A stretch of DNA of 64,000 nt from Sphingomicrobium sp. (lineage in GTDB: Bacteria > Pseudomonadota > Alphaproteobacteria > Sphingomonadales > Sphingomonadaceae), in contig DATEEM010000085.1 in NCBI GenBank assembly GCA_035281125.1, forward strand, positions 39,671 through 103,670, in the 5' to 3' direction. The notes below the pieces were generated by a model. The model made no database searches and was not told the DNA's origin. It saw nothing but the letters and a program-made list of their open reading frames with translations. The position numbers and the translations under genes were made by a program. Of the stretch, positions 10,330-19,585 are shown one piece after another. Within the stretch, counting starts at the first letter, position 1. Every line of letters begins with the position of its first letter.

Positions 10330-11010
10330 TTCGAGCGCATTGATGGCGGCGTGGACTCGCGCCTCCACCTCATCGCGCTCGAGCCCCGGCGGAATGGTTT
10401 CGCCGATCCGGAAGGTCACGGACCCGGGGTGATGCACGAAGCCCCGGCCCCACAGCCGCCCGCTGTCGACCGCCACCGGCACGACCGGCAGGCCGAGCGC
10501 GCGATAGAGCGCGGCGAAGCCGGCCTTGAGCGGCGGCGTTTCGCCCGCACGAACGCGAGTGCCTTCGGGATAAATCATCACCGGCCGCCCTGAAGATACG
10601 GCTTCAGCACCGGCGGCGACCATTGCCCGAAGCGCCTTGGCCCCAGCGCTTCGCTCGATCGGAATGACGCCATAGCGCTTGGTCATGAAGCCGAAGAGGG
10701 GAATGTCGGCGAGCTCCTTCTTCATCACCACGACGGGCAGGTGCGTCAGCCGGATCATTTCCAGCGTTTCGTACATCGCCTGATGCTTGACCGCGATCAG
10801 GCAGGCTCCTGCCGGGACCGAGCCTTCGACCCGCGGCCGGATGCCGAGCACCAATCGGCACAGCGCGTGGTGCAGGTCCACCCAGCTGAGAACGACCGCC
10901 AGCGTCGGCCGGCGCCCGAACGCGCTGGCGACGATCCCGCCCAACACCCACAGGACGGTCGCAGGGTAGAAGATCGCCGCGTAGAACAGCGAGCGGGCCG
11001 CCGCCATCAA
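10306..11010 (-). CDS. plsC: Lysophospholipid acyltransferase (PlsC family)
   Basis: KHQA (HxxxxD-like), YPEGTR, PVVPVA. Confidence 0.85.
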   Translation of the reverse strand: MMAAARSLFYAAIFYPATVLWVLGGIVASAFGRRPTLAVVLSWVDLHHALCRLVLGIRPRVEGSVPAGACLIAVKHQAMYETLEMIRLTHLPVVVMKKELADIPLFGFMTKRYGVIPIERSAGAKALRAMVAAGAEAVSSGRPVMIYPEGTRVRAGETPPLKAGFAALYRALGLPVVPVAVDSGRLWGRGFVHHPGSVTFRIGETIPPGLERDEVEARVHAAINALESSAQARS

Positions 11011-11540
11011 ATGTCCACCCAGACCGCGAGGCGGCGGAGGATATATTTGTTATATTCGCCGAACAGGGTCAGAAACGACGGCTCGGAGCGAACCGCGTCG
11101 GTCACGATGCGGTATTTGGAGCCGAGCACCTTGCGGAATTCGTAACGGGCGCGACGCATGTGCCAATCGCTCGTGATCAACCGCACCGATTTGAACCGGT
11201 GCTTGGCCAGCCACCGACCCGCCTCCTCTGCATTGGACCGCGTGTCGACCGATTCGCTGCCGAGATCGACGCAACAATTGATGACCCGGCGGCTCCCGCC
11301 GAGCCGACGGGCGAGGTCGGCCTTGGTCACCGAGGGGTCGGCCCCCGCGACCAGCAGCCGCTTTACCTTGCGATCCTTGAGAACATCGACGGCATGCTCG
11401 AGCCGACCGGCTCCCCCGGTGAGGACCACGGCGGCGTCCGTCGTCGTGTCGGACGGAGCGGCCCCGCCGAGCGTCAGGGCGAAGAACAGGAAGCCGAGCG
11501 CGTAAATCAGGGCCAGGAGCGATGCCGCGCGCGCGATCAT
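11007..11540 (-). CDS. YdcF/DUF218 family protein
   Basis: Start reassigned to ATG 11540; VVLTGG, SVDTRSNA, LITSDWHMRRA. Confidence 0.88.
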   Translation of the reverse strand: MIARAASLLALIYALGFLFFALTLGGAAPSDTTTDAAVVLTGGAGRLEHAVDVLKDRKVKRLLVAGADPSVTKADLARRLGGSRRVINCCVDLGSESVDTRSNAEEAGRWLAKHRFKSVRLITSDWHMRRARYEFRKVLGSKYRIVTDAVRSEPSFLTLFGEYNKYILRRLAVWVDI

Positions 11541-12409
11541 AGCGCTGCCCGCAATGTCGCAAGGACGGTTGCCCGCCCGGCCCACGTCGCCAGCGCAGTG
11601 AGCGCGAAGGGAATCAGGAGAAGAGCCAGAAGATCCGCTGAGTGCAGGCTGGCGCCGCCGGCAAGCTGCCCGGCGAACGGCGCGCCGGCGGCGAGCAACG
11701 CGAGGATGACGGCGGCGATCGCGCCGCCGCCGAGGCTGCCGATCAGCGCGTCGATCGCAATCTTGCGCTGGAACAGCCGTGTGACCTGAAGGTCGGTGGC
11801 GCCAATGCCGTGCATGACCTCGATGGTGAAACGATGCGTGTCGAGGGCGCCCCGGGCGGCGAGCACGACCGCGGCCGCGCAGGCGCCGCCGAGCAGCAGG
11901 ACCAAGGCGAACGCGAGCCATTGGAGCGCGCGAAGCGACTTCAGCAATGGGTCGAGCGCTGCCTTGTGCGCGCTGACCCGCGATCCCGGAGCGGCCGCAT
12001 CGAGACGCCGCCCAACGTCGGCGACGACGGCTTCGGAGCGCGCGTCGAACAGGATCAGCGCCGGCACCGGCAGCGCGGCGGACGCACCCGCGGGACCAAG
12101 CCATTCTTCCAGCGTCCGGCGCATCTCGGTTTCGGGCACGACCTCGACATTACTCACGCCCGGGCTCGCGCGGATCGCCTGAAGCGCCGGGGCCAGCTGG
12201 CGCGGGCCGTCGAGAATCTGGGCGGAGTAGCGCGCTTCGACGCCGGCCGATACGCGCGCCGCCGTGTTGGCGATGGCGAGGCCTGCAGCGGCGACGATCA
12301 TGATCGCGAAGGTCATGATCGCGATCACCCAAGGTGTCGGACCTTGCAGGGGCCGGGTTCCCAGCAGCCGCCGTTCGGCCGGCGAGGCGAAGAGCCAGTC
12401 GAGCATCAC
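11537..12409 (-). CDS. ftsX: Cell division permease FtsX
   Basis: Four-TM ABC permease layout, IEVMHGIGAT motif, directly downstream of ftsE. Confidence 0.88.
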   Translation of the reverse strand: MMLDWLFASPAERRLLGTRPLQGPTPWVIAIMTFAIMIVAAAGLAIANTAARVSAGVEARYSAQILDGPRQLAPALQAIRASPGVSNVEVVPETEMRRTLEEWLGPAGASAALPVPALILFDARSEAVVADVGRRLDAAAPGSRVSAHKAALDPLLKSLRALQWLAFALVLLLGGACAAAVVLAARGALDTHRFTIEVMHGIGATDLQVTRLFQRKIAIDALIGSLGGGAIAAVILALLAAGAPFAGQLAGGASLHSADLLALLLIPFALTALATWAGRATVLATLRAAL

Positions 12410-13134
12410 GGCTGCTCCGGCGCGCGCGGCGGGTTCTTGAGAATGCCTGTGGGGTCAACCATCGCCCCGTCTTCCAGGCGGATCATGTGAGCCCCGGGGG
12501 TTGCGTTGATCAGCCCTATGTCGTGCGTGGCGACGAGGACGGTCGTGCCTAGGCGGTTCAGCGCTGTGAATAGGTGGAGCAAACGACTGGCCATTTCGGC
12601 ATCCACGTTGCCGGTCGGCTCGTCCGCGACCAGCAGCTCGGGCCGGTTGATCACCGCCCGCGCGATCGCGACGCGCTGCTGCTCGCCTCCGGACAGCGTC
12701 GCCGGCCTTGCGCTCGCCCGATCGGCGAGTCCGACCCAGGCGAGCATTTCCCGCACCGAGCCTTCGATCTCCTCGTCACGGGCGCCGGCGATCCGCAGCG
12801 GCAGCGCGACATTGTCGAACGCCGACAAATGGCGGATTAACCGGAAATCCTGGAACACGACGCCGATCCGCCGGCGAAAAGCCGGGAGCGCCTCGCGCGA
12901 GGCGTCGGTCAGCTCCTGCCCAAACAATGAAACGCGGCCGCGCGTCGGGCGCTGCGCGAGGTAGAGGAGCTTGAGGAGCGACGTCTTCCCCGCGCCCGAG
13001 GGCCCCGTCAGGAAGTAAAAGCTGCCTTCGGTGAGACGAAAGTCGAGGTCGCGCAACACCTCGGCGCCGGTCCCGTAGCGCAAGCCGACAGAATCGAATT
13101 CGGCGACCGGAGTCAAAACGCGGACCCTCCCCAT
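12406..13134 (-). CDS. ftsE: Cell division ATP-binding protein FtsE
   Basis: [41 protein letters not shown]. Confidence 0.95.
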   Translation of the reverse strand: MGRVRVLTPVAEFDSVGLRYGTGAEVLRDLDFRLTEGSFYFLTGPSGAGKTSLLKLLYLAQRPTRGRVSLFGQELTDASREALPAFRRRIGVVFQDFRLIRHLSAFDNVALPLRIAGARDEEIEGSVREMLAWVGLADRASARPATLSGGEQQRVAIARAVINRPELLVADEPTGNVDAEMASRLLHLFTALNRLGTTVLVATHDIGLINATPGAHMIRLEDGAMVDPTGILKNPPRAPEQP

Positions 13135-13211
13135 TGCGCCCTGCCTTGCCAAGGGGCGCACATTCCTGTTTACCCTCCGCACACCGTCCCGGAAGAGGGC
13201 TTTTTGCTGAA

Positions 13212-14129
13212 ATGATCCTCACCTGCCCCAATTGCGCAACGCAATATGTGGTCAAGGATGGGGCAATTCCGCCGCAAGGCCGCCAGGTTCGCTGCGCGGC
13301 CTGCAAGCACAGTTGGCACCAGGACCCGGAATCGGCAGCCGAGCCGGAGCCGGCGGGCAACGACGCATCCGTGACCGCCGCCGGAGAGCCCGACGAGACG
13401 TTCGCAGAGGCGGCGATGATCGAGCCGAGCACAGGTCCCGAAGCCGAGGAGCGGGCCTTCGAGGGAGCCGTAGTCGCCGAGGCCGGGTCGGAGGCGAGTG
13501 CCGAAGCCGAGCCGGAGATGACTGCCGAAGCCGAGCCGGAGACGACCGCAGACGCCGATGCGGAGCCCGGCGCGGACCGCGGCCAGTTCGACATCCTCCC
13601 GCATCCGGGCGAGCGGGCCCCGGACTTCGCGGCGCCGCCCGTGCCGGAAGCCCAGCCCGACGACGACTTCAGCCCGTTCGCCGAGCGGGACTATGTCGAG
13701 ACGCGGCGGCGGCGCCCGCTGCGGGCAATTCTCGTCGTGCTGCTACTCGTCGCCGTCCTCGCGGTCGCATTCTGGTTCTTTGCCCCGCCGCAATGGAAGG
13801 CCCGGCTCGGCCTTGCCGGCACGGCTGCGACGCCGCTTCAGCTATCGAACCCGCCGCACATGGAGCTGCGGCCGCTGGCCAGCGGAAACCAGTTGCTGAC
13901 CGTGGCGGGACGGATCATCAACCCGACCGGGGACACCCAGCCGGTCCCGCCGATCTACGCGCAGCTTCGCGATCGCGGCGGCAAGGTCGTCTACAGCTGG
14001 ACGATCCCGCCGCCGGCGCCGACCATCGGGCCCGGGGAGAGCAAAGCGTTCAACAGCGCCGAGGTCAACGTTCCCACCGGCGCCGAAAACCTCATGCTGG
14101 AGATCAGCATCGGCTCGCCGAGAGCCTGA
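13212..14129 (+). CDS. zitP: MJ0042-type zinc-ribbon membrane protein, probable ZitP ortholog
   Basis: MILTCPNC...VRCAACKHSW zinc finger, acidic linker, one TM, C-terminal DUF3426-like domain; divergent from ftsE. Confidence 0.7.
   Translation: MILTCPNCATQYVVKDGAIPPQGRQVRCAACKHSWHQDPESAAEPEPAGNDASVTAAGEPDETFAEAAMIEPSTGPEAEERAFEGAVVAEAGSEASAEAEPEMTAEAEPETTADADAEPGADRGQFDILPHPGERAPDFAAPPVPEAQPDDDFSPFAERDYVETRRRRPLRAILVVLLLVAVLAVAFWFFAPPQWKARLGLAGTAATPLQLSNPPHMELRPLASGNQLLTVAGRIINPTGDTQPVPPIYAQLRDRGGKVVYSWTIPPPAPTIGPGESKAFNSAEVNVPTGAENLMLEISIGSPRA
13500..13547 (+). repeat. 24-bp in-frame tandem duplication (AEAEPEMT/AEAEPETT) in the zinc-ribbon protein linker
   Basis: gccgaagccgagccggagatgact followed by gccgaagccgagccggagacgacc; degenerate third copy to about 13568. 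Confidence 0.85.
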
Positions 14130-14351
14130 TCATTCGAATTCGATCAGGCGCGCCCGCCTCGTTTCCCCACCCGTCTGGATCACGGAATCCCGCGTGATGT
14201 AGCCATCGCGGCTTTCCGCGCTGCCGAGGCGCAAGACCGCGCCGGAGATGACCCGGACCGTCGCGCGCGCCTGGACGCGCGACGCGACCGGCTCGCGCGC
14301 CGGTTCCGGAGGGGCCGACACGGCGGCAGCGACGGCAAGAAGAAGCAGCAT
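14130..14351 (-). CDS. Small (73 aa) secreted hypothetical protein
   Basis: MLLLLAVAAAVSA signal-like N-terminus; fills the gap between zitP and tRNA-Leu; stop abuts the zitP stop; no clear SD sequence. Confidence 0.65.
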   Translation of the reverse strand: MLLLLAVAAAVSAPPEPAREPVASRVQARATVRVISGAVLRLGSAESRDGYITRDSVIQTGGETRRARLIEFE

Positions 14352-14383
14352 GCCGCGGACGTAACGCGAGCGGCAGCAAGTGG

Positions 14384-14398
14384 TAAACAATGTCTTAA
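14384..14398 (-). promoter_or_regulatory. CtrA-like site upstream of the 73-aa gene
   Basis: Gene strand TTAA-GACATTG-TTTA followed by CCA; 33 bp from the ATG. Confidence 0.55.
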
Positions 14399-14442
14399 GA
14401 TTCGTCCCGCTATGGCACGCGAGTCCGGGCGTTTGGCCTCCA

Positions 14443-14471
14443 TTGCGCCGCAATGGGCGCTTTGCTAGAGG
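14443..14471 (+). promoter_or_regulatory. Probable sigma70 promoter of tRNA-Leu
   Basis: TTGCGC-N17-TAGAGG with GC preceding the -10. Confidence 0.4.
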
Positions 14472-14518
14472 CCGCGCCTTGCCAGTGCCGGTGCCCGTGC
14501 CGGCCCAATTCATGACGT

Positions 14519-14605
14519 GCGGTCGTGGCGGAACTGGTAGACGCGCAGCGTTGAGGTCGCTGTGGCCGAAAGGCCGTGGAAGTTCGAGTCTTCTCGACCG
14601 CACCA
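14519..14605 (+). tRNA. tRNA-Leu (anticodon GAG)
   Basis: GCGGTCG acceptor stem, TGGTAGA D-loop, TTGAGGT anticodon loop, long variable arm, GTTCGAGT T-loop, encoded CCA. Confidence 0.97.
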
Positions 14606-14659
14606 TCTCAGATTTGACTTCGGCTAAGGCTGTGCCAACTTCGGTGCGCGGAGGGGCCG

Positions 14660-15229
14660 TTGATCGAAATCGAGGCGGATATCGTGCTCGGTGAGGCGTT
14701 CCGCCCGGCCGCCATCGCGCACAGCCACGTCTACAGGGGCGGCGTCCGGCGGATTCTCCTGCCGGCGCTCGCGCTCGCCGGGGCAATCATCTTGTCGTCC
14801 ATGGTCGGCATGCTCCTGCCGCTGCTCAGCCTGCGCCTCGAAGGCCTCGCCAGCCTGTTGTGGATCGGCGGCGGCATCCTCGGGCTGATGCTGGCGCTGA
14901 GGATCCTGTCCAGCGAGCACATGCGCGGCTTTCTCGACGGCTTGCGGCGGATCGGTTCGCCCGACGTCTTCCCGACCCGGTTCCGCTTCGACGAGCAGGG
15001 AATGTCGATCGCCAGCAGCCGGATCAGCTACTTGGTCCCATGGGCCTCGATCTTGTTCATCGTGCCATCCCCGGAACATTGGCTCGTCCAGGTCGACACG
15101 ATGACTCTGGTGATCCCTTATCGGGCATTCCCGGACCCGCAATCGGAGCGCGCGTTCCTTGACCTGGTCGGTGCGCGGCTGCTCCCGGACGCGAAGCGCC
15201 GTTCCGTCCTCGACAGAAAGGCCGCCTAG
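14660..15229 (+). CDS. YcxB-family membrane protein
   Basis: Two TM helices, then the YcxB-like FDEQG...VPWASI...VIPYRAF domain; TTG start with GGAGGGG RBS. Confidence 0.7.
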   Translation: MIEIEADIVLGEAFRPAAIAHSHVYRGGVRRILLPALALAGAIILSSMVGMLLPLLSLRLEGLASLLWIGGGILGLMLALRILSSEHMRGFLDGLRRIGSPDVFPTRFRFDEQGMSIASSRISYLVPWASILFIVPSPEHWLVQVDTMTLVIPYRAFPDPQSERAFLDLVGARLLPDAKRRSVLDRKAA

Positions 15230-17922
15230 GGCATCGTTAGCGGCAGGTCGCCCGATGCGATCGCGTGGGCGGTCGAGACATGGACTGCGCCGAGCCTGAC
15301 GACCGGTCGCTCCGGTGTGACTGTCGCGTTGAGGTTGAGCTCTGGCAGAATGCGCGCGGCCGCCGCCGAATCCCGTGCGATTCGCAACGAATAGCTGCCG
15401 TAGGGCACCCGTTCGAACAGGAAGAAGCCGTCGAAGTCGGTGCGCACAGTCGCGACCAGCTTGCCGGCCCCGTCGACGAGCTCGACGTCGAGGCCCTCGA
15501 ACCCGATTCCGCCGCTCTTGACGAGGGCGCCTTCGATGTCGCCGCCACCGACCAGCCCGATTTCGACCTCGGCCGGCACGCCGGGCCGCGGAACCACGAC
15601 CTGCAAGGCCTTTTTCGGGACGAGCATCGGGTCGCCGAGGCTAGTCGCATCGATCCCGACGGTCAGCGGCGTGTAGGCCGTGAGACCGCCGATCGTGACC
15701 GACCCCTTGGAATCCGTCGCGCGCTCGGCCTGCTTGGTTCCGGTGGTGATCAGCGCGCCCCTTTCGAGCGGCTCCGAGGGGTCGTGGAAGCCGTTGTCGT
15801 TGAGATCGCGATAGACGAGCGCGCGAATCATGCCGGCTTCCGCGAGGGGGCGTCGCGACAGGGTCATGCCGCGCCTTGGATCGAGCGAGAAATTGAGGTT
15901 CACGCCGAATGCGACGGAGCCGTCGGTCGCGGCTTCGCCAGTCAAGGCAATCGCCATCGAATCCAGGCGGCGGATATGGCTGATCCGGAAGCGGCCGCGA
16001 TGACCGGCCCCGTCATAGGCGACCGCGCCTTCCCAGTCGGCATTTTCCGATGCCGACCAATAAGCCGACAGCTCGGCGTCGCGGAAACGCGCGCGCGGCG
16101 CGACGTCGAAGCTGGCCAGGCCGCGCAGGCGCACGTCGCCGACGTGGCCGCTGCCGATCATCGCGACATTGACCTCGCCCGGCGGCGCCGGCCCCGAGCT
16201 CAGCAATTGCTTGCGATAGGCGACGTCGGTGGCGAGATTGAAGCGGCCGAGGTTTGCCGACAGTCTCGCAGCCGCCTCGAGCTGCTTCGACCCGTCCCCG
16301 CGGTCGGTGAAATGGACCTCCGCGTGCGCCGGAACGACCTTTCGCCCGATTTTCAGTGGCGCGTCGACCGTGGCGCGAAACTCGCGGAGGCTTTCGGCGC
16401 GGCCTCCCTGCAAATGAAAATCGCTTGCAATAATCGCTTCGGCGCCGACGTTCACGCGCCCGAACTTGCCGACCATCTGCGCCCTCGCCGCCATCCCGCC
16501 GGTCGAATCGCGCGCGGCCGACACTTCAACCAGCGCGCCGCCGATCGACCGCCGTACCGAGCCCTCGACAAACGTCACACGCTCGTCGTCGATCAGCATC
16601 ACGCGAGCCAGCGCGCCAACCGACGTGCGGGTATCGATGCCATGCTCGATGGAGACCGCCGCCTGGGCCTTCGGCTGCCCAAAGCGGTCGGGCGGTTTTT
16701 GCAGCGTGAGCACATCGCGGCCGGGCTGGTTGAAGCCGGCCCAGTACCAGGTCTTGCCCGCCGGCACGTTGTCCTGCCCGACGTTGATCACTTCCTCGCG
16801 CGAGCGGATTTGTCCCTGGGGGCCGTAAAGGACGATGCTGACGCGGTTTTCGCCGTAGAAAAGTTGCACGTCGTCAAATACATAGCGGCTACTCGCATTG
16901 GCCTTGGCGAAGCCGAGCAGCTCGCCGTTGCGATAGATTTCCGCTTCCCAGCCGCTTGGAAGGTCACCTTCGAAGCGAGTCCGGTCAAACGACGCCTGGG
17001 TAGTCAGCGGCCGATTGGTCACGACTGCCCCGCGGCCGCTGGCCGCCGACCCGCTGAGCCGGCTGTCGAAACCCTCAACGTCGCCGAAGCCGAAGTGGGT
17101 GGCCTTGAGCGGTCCGAGCAGCTGCGCTTCGGGATCCGAACGGTAGGCGCGGAAGCGAAGCATGCTCGGCATGCCCTTCTCGGTCGTCGTCAATTGCGCA
17201 TCGTAGGACAGCTTGGCGATCTCCCCGGCCGCATAAACCGAGCTTTGCCGATCGATTCGAACGCCTTGCCCGGACCGGTACGTGACTCCGGCGCTGACGA
17301 CGAAGTCGAGGGCCGGCGCGCGCCACATGCGGTACGGGAGCTTCACCTGGGGGAGCGTGGCCAGATCGTAGCGCGCGGTGCGGATGTGCTGCGACCTTTG
17401 CTGCCGCTCCATAGCCATTTCGACCGGGAGCTTCGCCTCGGATTCGAGGACCAGGACCGAGCCGGACGTCACGGGCTTGACCCCTATGCCGAACCAGCGG
17501 GCAAGGGCGGTCGTCTCGACGCACCAGCCCTCTGGTGTCTCCCGGATCGTGCCCGGAGCGAGAGTCTCGTTCTTGGCGCCGTAGCTCGCCGAGTTGGCAG
17601 CGTAATCGATTGAAATCCGGTTCTTTTCCTTGAACGCCCAACCGCCGGCCTTGCGCGCCGTCAGGTCGACCTTCACGGGTACGTCAAGCGCAGTCAGAAA
17701 GTCGCCTAAGACGACACAAGTCCCTTCGGGGGTGGTGTAGGCGCGGACGCCATCGCCGAGCCTCAGCTGCCGAATGTGGACGTCCAGCAGGAACTGCGCG
17801 TCCGGATCGGGGCTCCAGCCCTTTGCGGCCGCAGGCGGCGGAGGCGCGGATGCGGCGACGCTGCCGGCGCAAAGCGCCAGCAGCATCCCCGCCCTGCGCA
17901 GCCAATGACGGCCGGCGCGCAT
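15226..17922 (-). CDS. Outer-membrane usher-like protein of a chaperone-usher fimbrial system (898 aa)
   Basis: Signal peptide; PapC-N-like domain; usher plug-like motif (GWEAEIYRNGELL...DVQLFYGENRVSIVLYGPQG); amphipathic beta-strand barrel region; two C-terminal Ig-like (SdrD-B/carboxypeptidase-regulatory-like) domains. Confidence 0.8.
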   Translation of the reverse strand: MRAGRHWLRRAGMLLALCAGSVAASAPPPPAAAKGWSPDPDAQFLLDVHIRQLRLGDGVRAYTTPEGTCVVLGDFLTALDVPVKVDLTARKAGGWAFKEKNRISIDYAANSASYGAKNETLAPGTIRETPEGWCVETTALARWFGIGVKPVTSGSVLVLESEAKLPVEMAMERQQRSQHIRTARYDLATLPQVKLPYRMWRAPALDFVVSAGVTYRSGQGVRIDRQSSVYAAGEIAKLSYDAQLTTTEKGMPSMLRFRAYRSDPEAQLLGPLKATHFGFGDVEGFDSRLSGSAASGRGAVVTNRPLTTQASFDRTRFEGDLPSGWEAEIYRNGELLGFAKANASSRYVFDDVQLFYGENRVSIVLYGPQGQIRSREEVINVGQDNVPAGKTWYWAGFNQPGRDVLTLQKPPDRFGQPKAQAAVSIEHGIDTRTSVGALARVMLIDDERVTFVEGSVRRSIGGALVEVSAARDSTGGMAARAQMVGKFGRVNVGAEAIIASDFHLQGGRAESLREFRATVDAPLKIGRKVVPAHAEVHFTDRGDGSKQLEAAARLSANLGRFNLATDVAYRKQLLSSGPAPPGEVNVAMIGSGHVGDVRLRGLASFDVAPRARFRDAELSAYWSASENADWEGAVAYDGAGHRGRFRISHIRRLDSMAIALTGEAATDGSVAFGVNLNFSLDPRRGMTLSRRPLAEAGMIRALVYRDLNDNGFHDPSEPLERGALITTGTKQAERATDSKGSVTIGGLTAYTPLTVGIDATSLGDPMLVPKKALQVVVPRPGVPAEVEIGLVGGGDIEGALVKSGGIGFEGLDVELVDGAGKLVATVRTDFDGFFLFERVPYGSYSLRIARDSAAAARILPELNLNATVTPERPVVRLGAVHVSTAHAIASGDLPLTMP

Positions 17923-17956
17923 CGAGTCTGCGCTCCCCGCGCTTCCCGCGCCCCTC

Positions 17957-18790
17957 CTAGTAGAGAACCGCCTTGGTTTCGGCGATGACGTGGCTGCCGT
18001 CGTCGAAGGTCTCGACATATTGGACGGTCACGGGCCCGCGCAGCTCCTCCTTGAAGCTCTCCTCCACCGGGACCGCGACGTGGCGCGTGCTGACCTCCTT
18101 GTAGACCGCGACGGCCTTCTGGACGGCGATCGGGTTGCGAACGCCCGGCTTCAGCACGCGCACCTCGCCAAAGGTAGAGCGATCGCCGGAGCGCGAGATA
18201 TCCAGCCCGACGTAGGACTTCCCGTTCTTCTGCTCGAGCTGAACATTGGCAATCCCGGCGGTCGCCTGGAGGTTCCCGAGCCGAACGATGACCGGGATGG
18301 TGACGCCGTAGACCGGCGTTAGCTGGAAATGGAGGCCCTTGGGCGCGTCGCCCGCCGCGGCGGGCTGAACGACGGGGTTGGCCGGGGGAATGGCGCGGAA
18401 CAACAGGTGCACGCGATATTCGCCGTCGGGCATGCCTTGGGGCGGGCGCGCGGCAATGCGGATCGCCTGCGGCTGGTGCGGCGCCAGCACGACCTTGCGC
18501 GGCGCGTAGACGATCATGTCGGCCGCCTTCTGGTCTTCCGTGGTGGGCTCGTTGACGTCGATGAGCCCGCCCTCGCTCGTCATGCGGCGGAATTCGATCG
18601 ACACCCGGTAGGTCGCCGGCTCCTCGCCGATATTGTTGAGGATGACCTCGGCGCCCCTGCGGCCATCGAGCACGATGCGCGTCGGCGCGACGAGCAGGTC
18701 GCCGATGCCCGCCTCGGCAGGCGTGGCGGCGAGAAGCAATGGCGCAGTGCACAGGCATGCGCGGAAGGCGGACTGGGTCCAGCGGTTCAT
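17957..18790 (-). CDS. Periplasmic fimbrial chaperone (PapD-N-like)
   Basis: Signal peptide; LLVAPTRIVL...VILNN...APRKVVLAPHQPQAIRI...GEYRVHLLFRAIP...VTIPVIVR; GAGGGG RBS. Confidence 0.82.
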   Translation of the reverse strand: MNRWTQSAFRACLCTAPLLLAATPAEAGIGDLLVAPTRIVLDGRRGAEVILNNIGEEPATYRVSIEFRRMTSEGGLIDVNEPTTEDQKAADMIVYAPRKVVLAPHQPQAIRIAARPPQGMPDGEYRVHLLFRAIPPANPVVQPAAAGDAPKGLHFQLTPVYGVTIPVIVRLGNLQATAGIANVQLEQKNGKSYVGLDISRSGDRSTFGEVRVLKPGVRNPIAVQKAVAVYKEVSTRHVAVPVEESFKEELRGPVTVQYVETFDDGSHVIAETKAVLY

Positions 18791-18848
18791 GACGGCGATC
18801 CCCTCACTTGCTCCACACTGGAGCGATCGCCGTCCTCTTTCGTCGGGA

Positions 18849-18871
18849 ATGGTTGATTTTCGGTCAACCAT
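18849..18871. promoter_or_regulatory. Palindromic CtrA-like site upstream of the chaperone-usher genes
   Basis: ATGG-TTGA-N7-TCAA-CCAT, perfect 8-bp inverted repeat with a 7-nt spacer. Confidence 0.6.
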
Positions 18872-18920
18872 GGCTGGTGTTTCGGCAGAAAGGCGAGAAA
18901 AGCGGGCGTTTCCGCCGCGA

Positions 18921-19439
18921 TCAATAGTCCACGGTCACGTTGAACGTGCCGACATAGACTCCTCCCGCGGTGCTCGAACTCAGCGTGATCGAGCCTCCGA
19001 GGGAAAAATTCACTCCCGGATTGCCGGAGTTGGGGATGAAAACCGTTCCGGGGTTGTCGACGACCAGCGTCAGTGTCTTGCTCGGGTCGTTCTGGTTGAC
19101 CAGGGTCACGTTCGGGGCGGAGATCCGCGCCGTCTGGTTGTTGGAACCGGCCACGTTGTAGGTCGCGACCTGGGTCGTCCCGGAGCAGGTGACATTGCTG
19201 TTCGCGCAGCTGAACAGGCCGGTCCGGGTAATGCCAACGGTCGCGTTCGACCAGGTCCCCGGGCCGAGGACGATCGTCCCGAGGTCGAGGTTCTGCACCC
19301 ACTTGAGCGTCAGCGGCTTCACGACCTTGGCCGACACGGCGGCGCTCTTGTTGGCCGCATGCGCGGGCGCCGCGGCAAGGGCGGCCGCGAGGACGATCGA
19401 AATTGCGGCAAGGCCCGATCGGGCTCGCTGGCGCACCAC
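18921..19439 (-). CDS. DUF4402-type fimbrial subunit (paralog 2)
   Basis: Signal peptide, AAVSAKVVKPLTL, Cys pair, C-terminal GVYVGTFNVTVDY; GTG start with GGGAG RBS. Confidence 0.85.
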   Translation of the reverse strand: MVRQRARSGLAAISIVLAAALAAAPAHAANKSAAVSAKVVKPLTLKWVQNLDLGTIVLGPGTWSNATVGITRTGLFSCANSNVTCSGTTQVATYNVAGSNNQTARISAPNVTLVNQNDPSKTLTLVVDNPGTVFIPNSGNPGVNFSLGGSITLSSSTAGGVYVGTFNVTVDY

Positions 19440-19485
19440 TTGCTCTCCCGGCCGGGGACTTCTCGAGCGTCGGCTTACCTCCGAA

Positions 19486-19508
19486 ATGGTTTATTTTGTC
19501 TCAACCAT
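19486..19508. promoter_or_regulatory. CtrA-like site upstream of subunit 2
   Basis: ATGG-TTTA-TTTTGTC-TCAA-CCAT, near copy of the 18849 site. Confidence 0.6.
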
Positions 19509-19527
19509 GATCGGGCACTCCGCGCGC

Positions 19528-19556
19528 AAAAAGGGGCCGCCATCGCTGGCGACCCC
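19528..19556 (-). terminator. Intrinsic terminator after subunit 1
   Basis: Minus strand GGGGTCGCCA-GCGA-TGGCGGCCCC-TTTTT. Confidence 0.8.
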
Positions 19557-19585
19557 CCAACCGCTTCGTTCCGGTACGAACGAAC

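Noticed and set aside
15265-17613. 782-aa + strand ORF
   Set aside because: Antisense shadow of the usher-like gene
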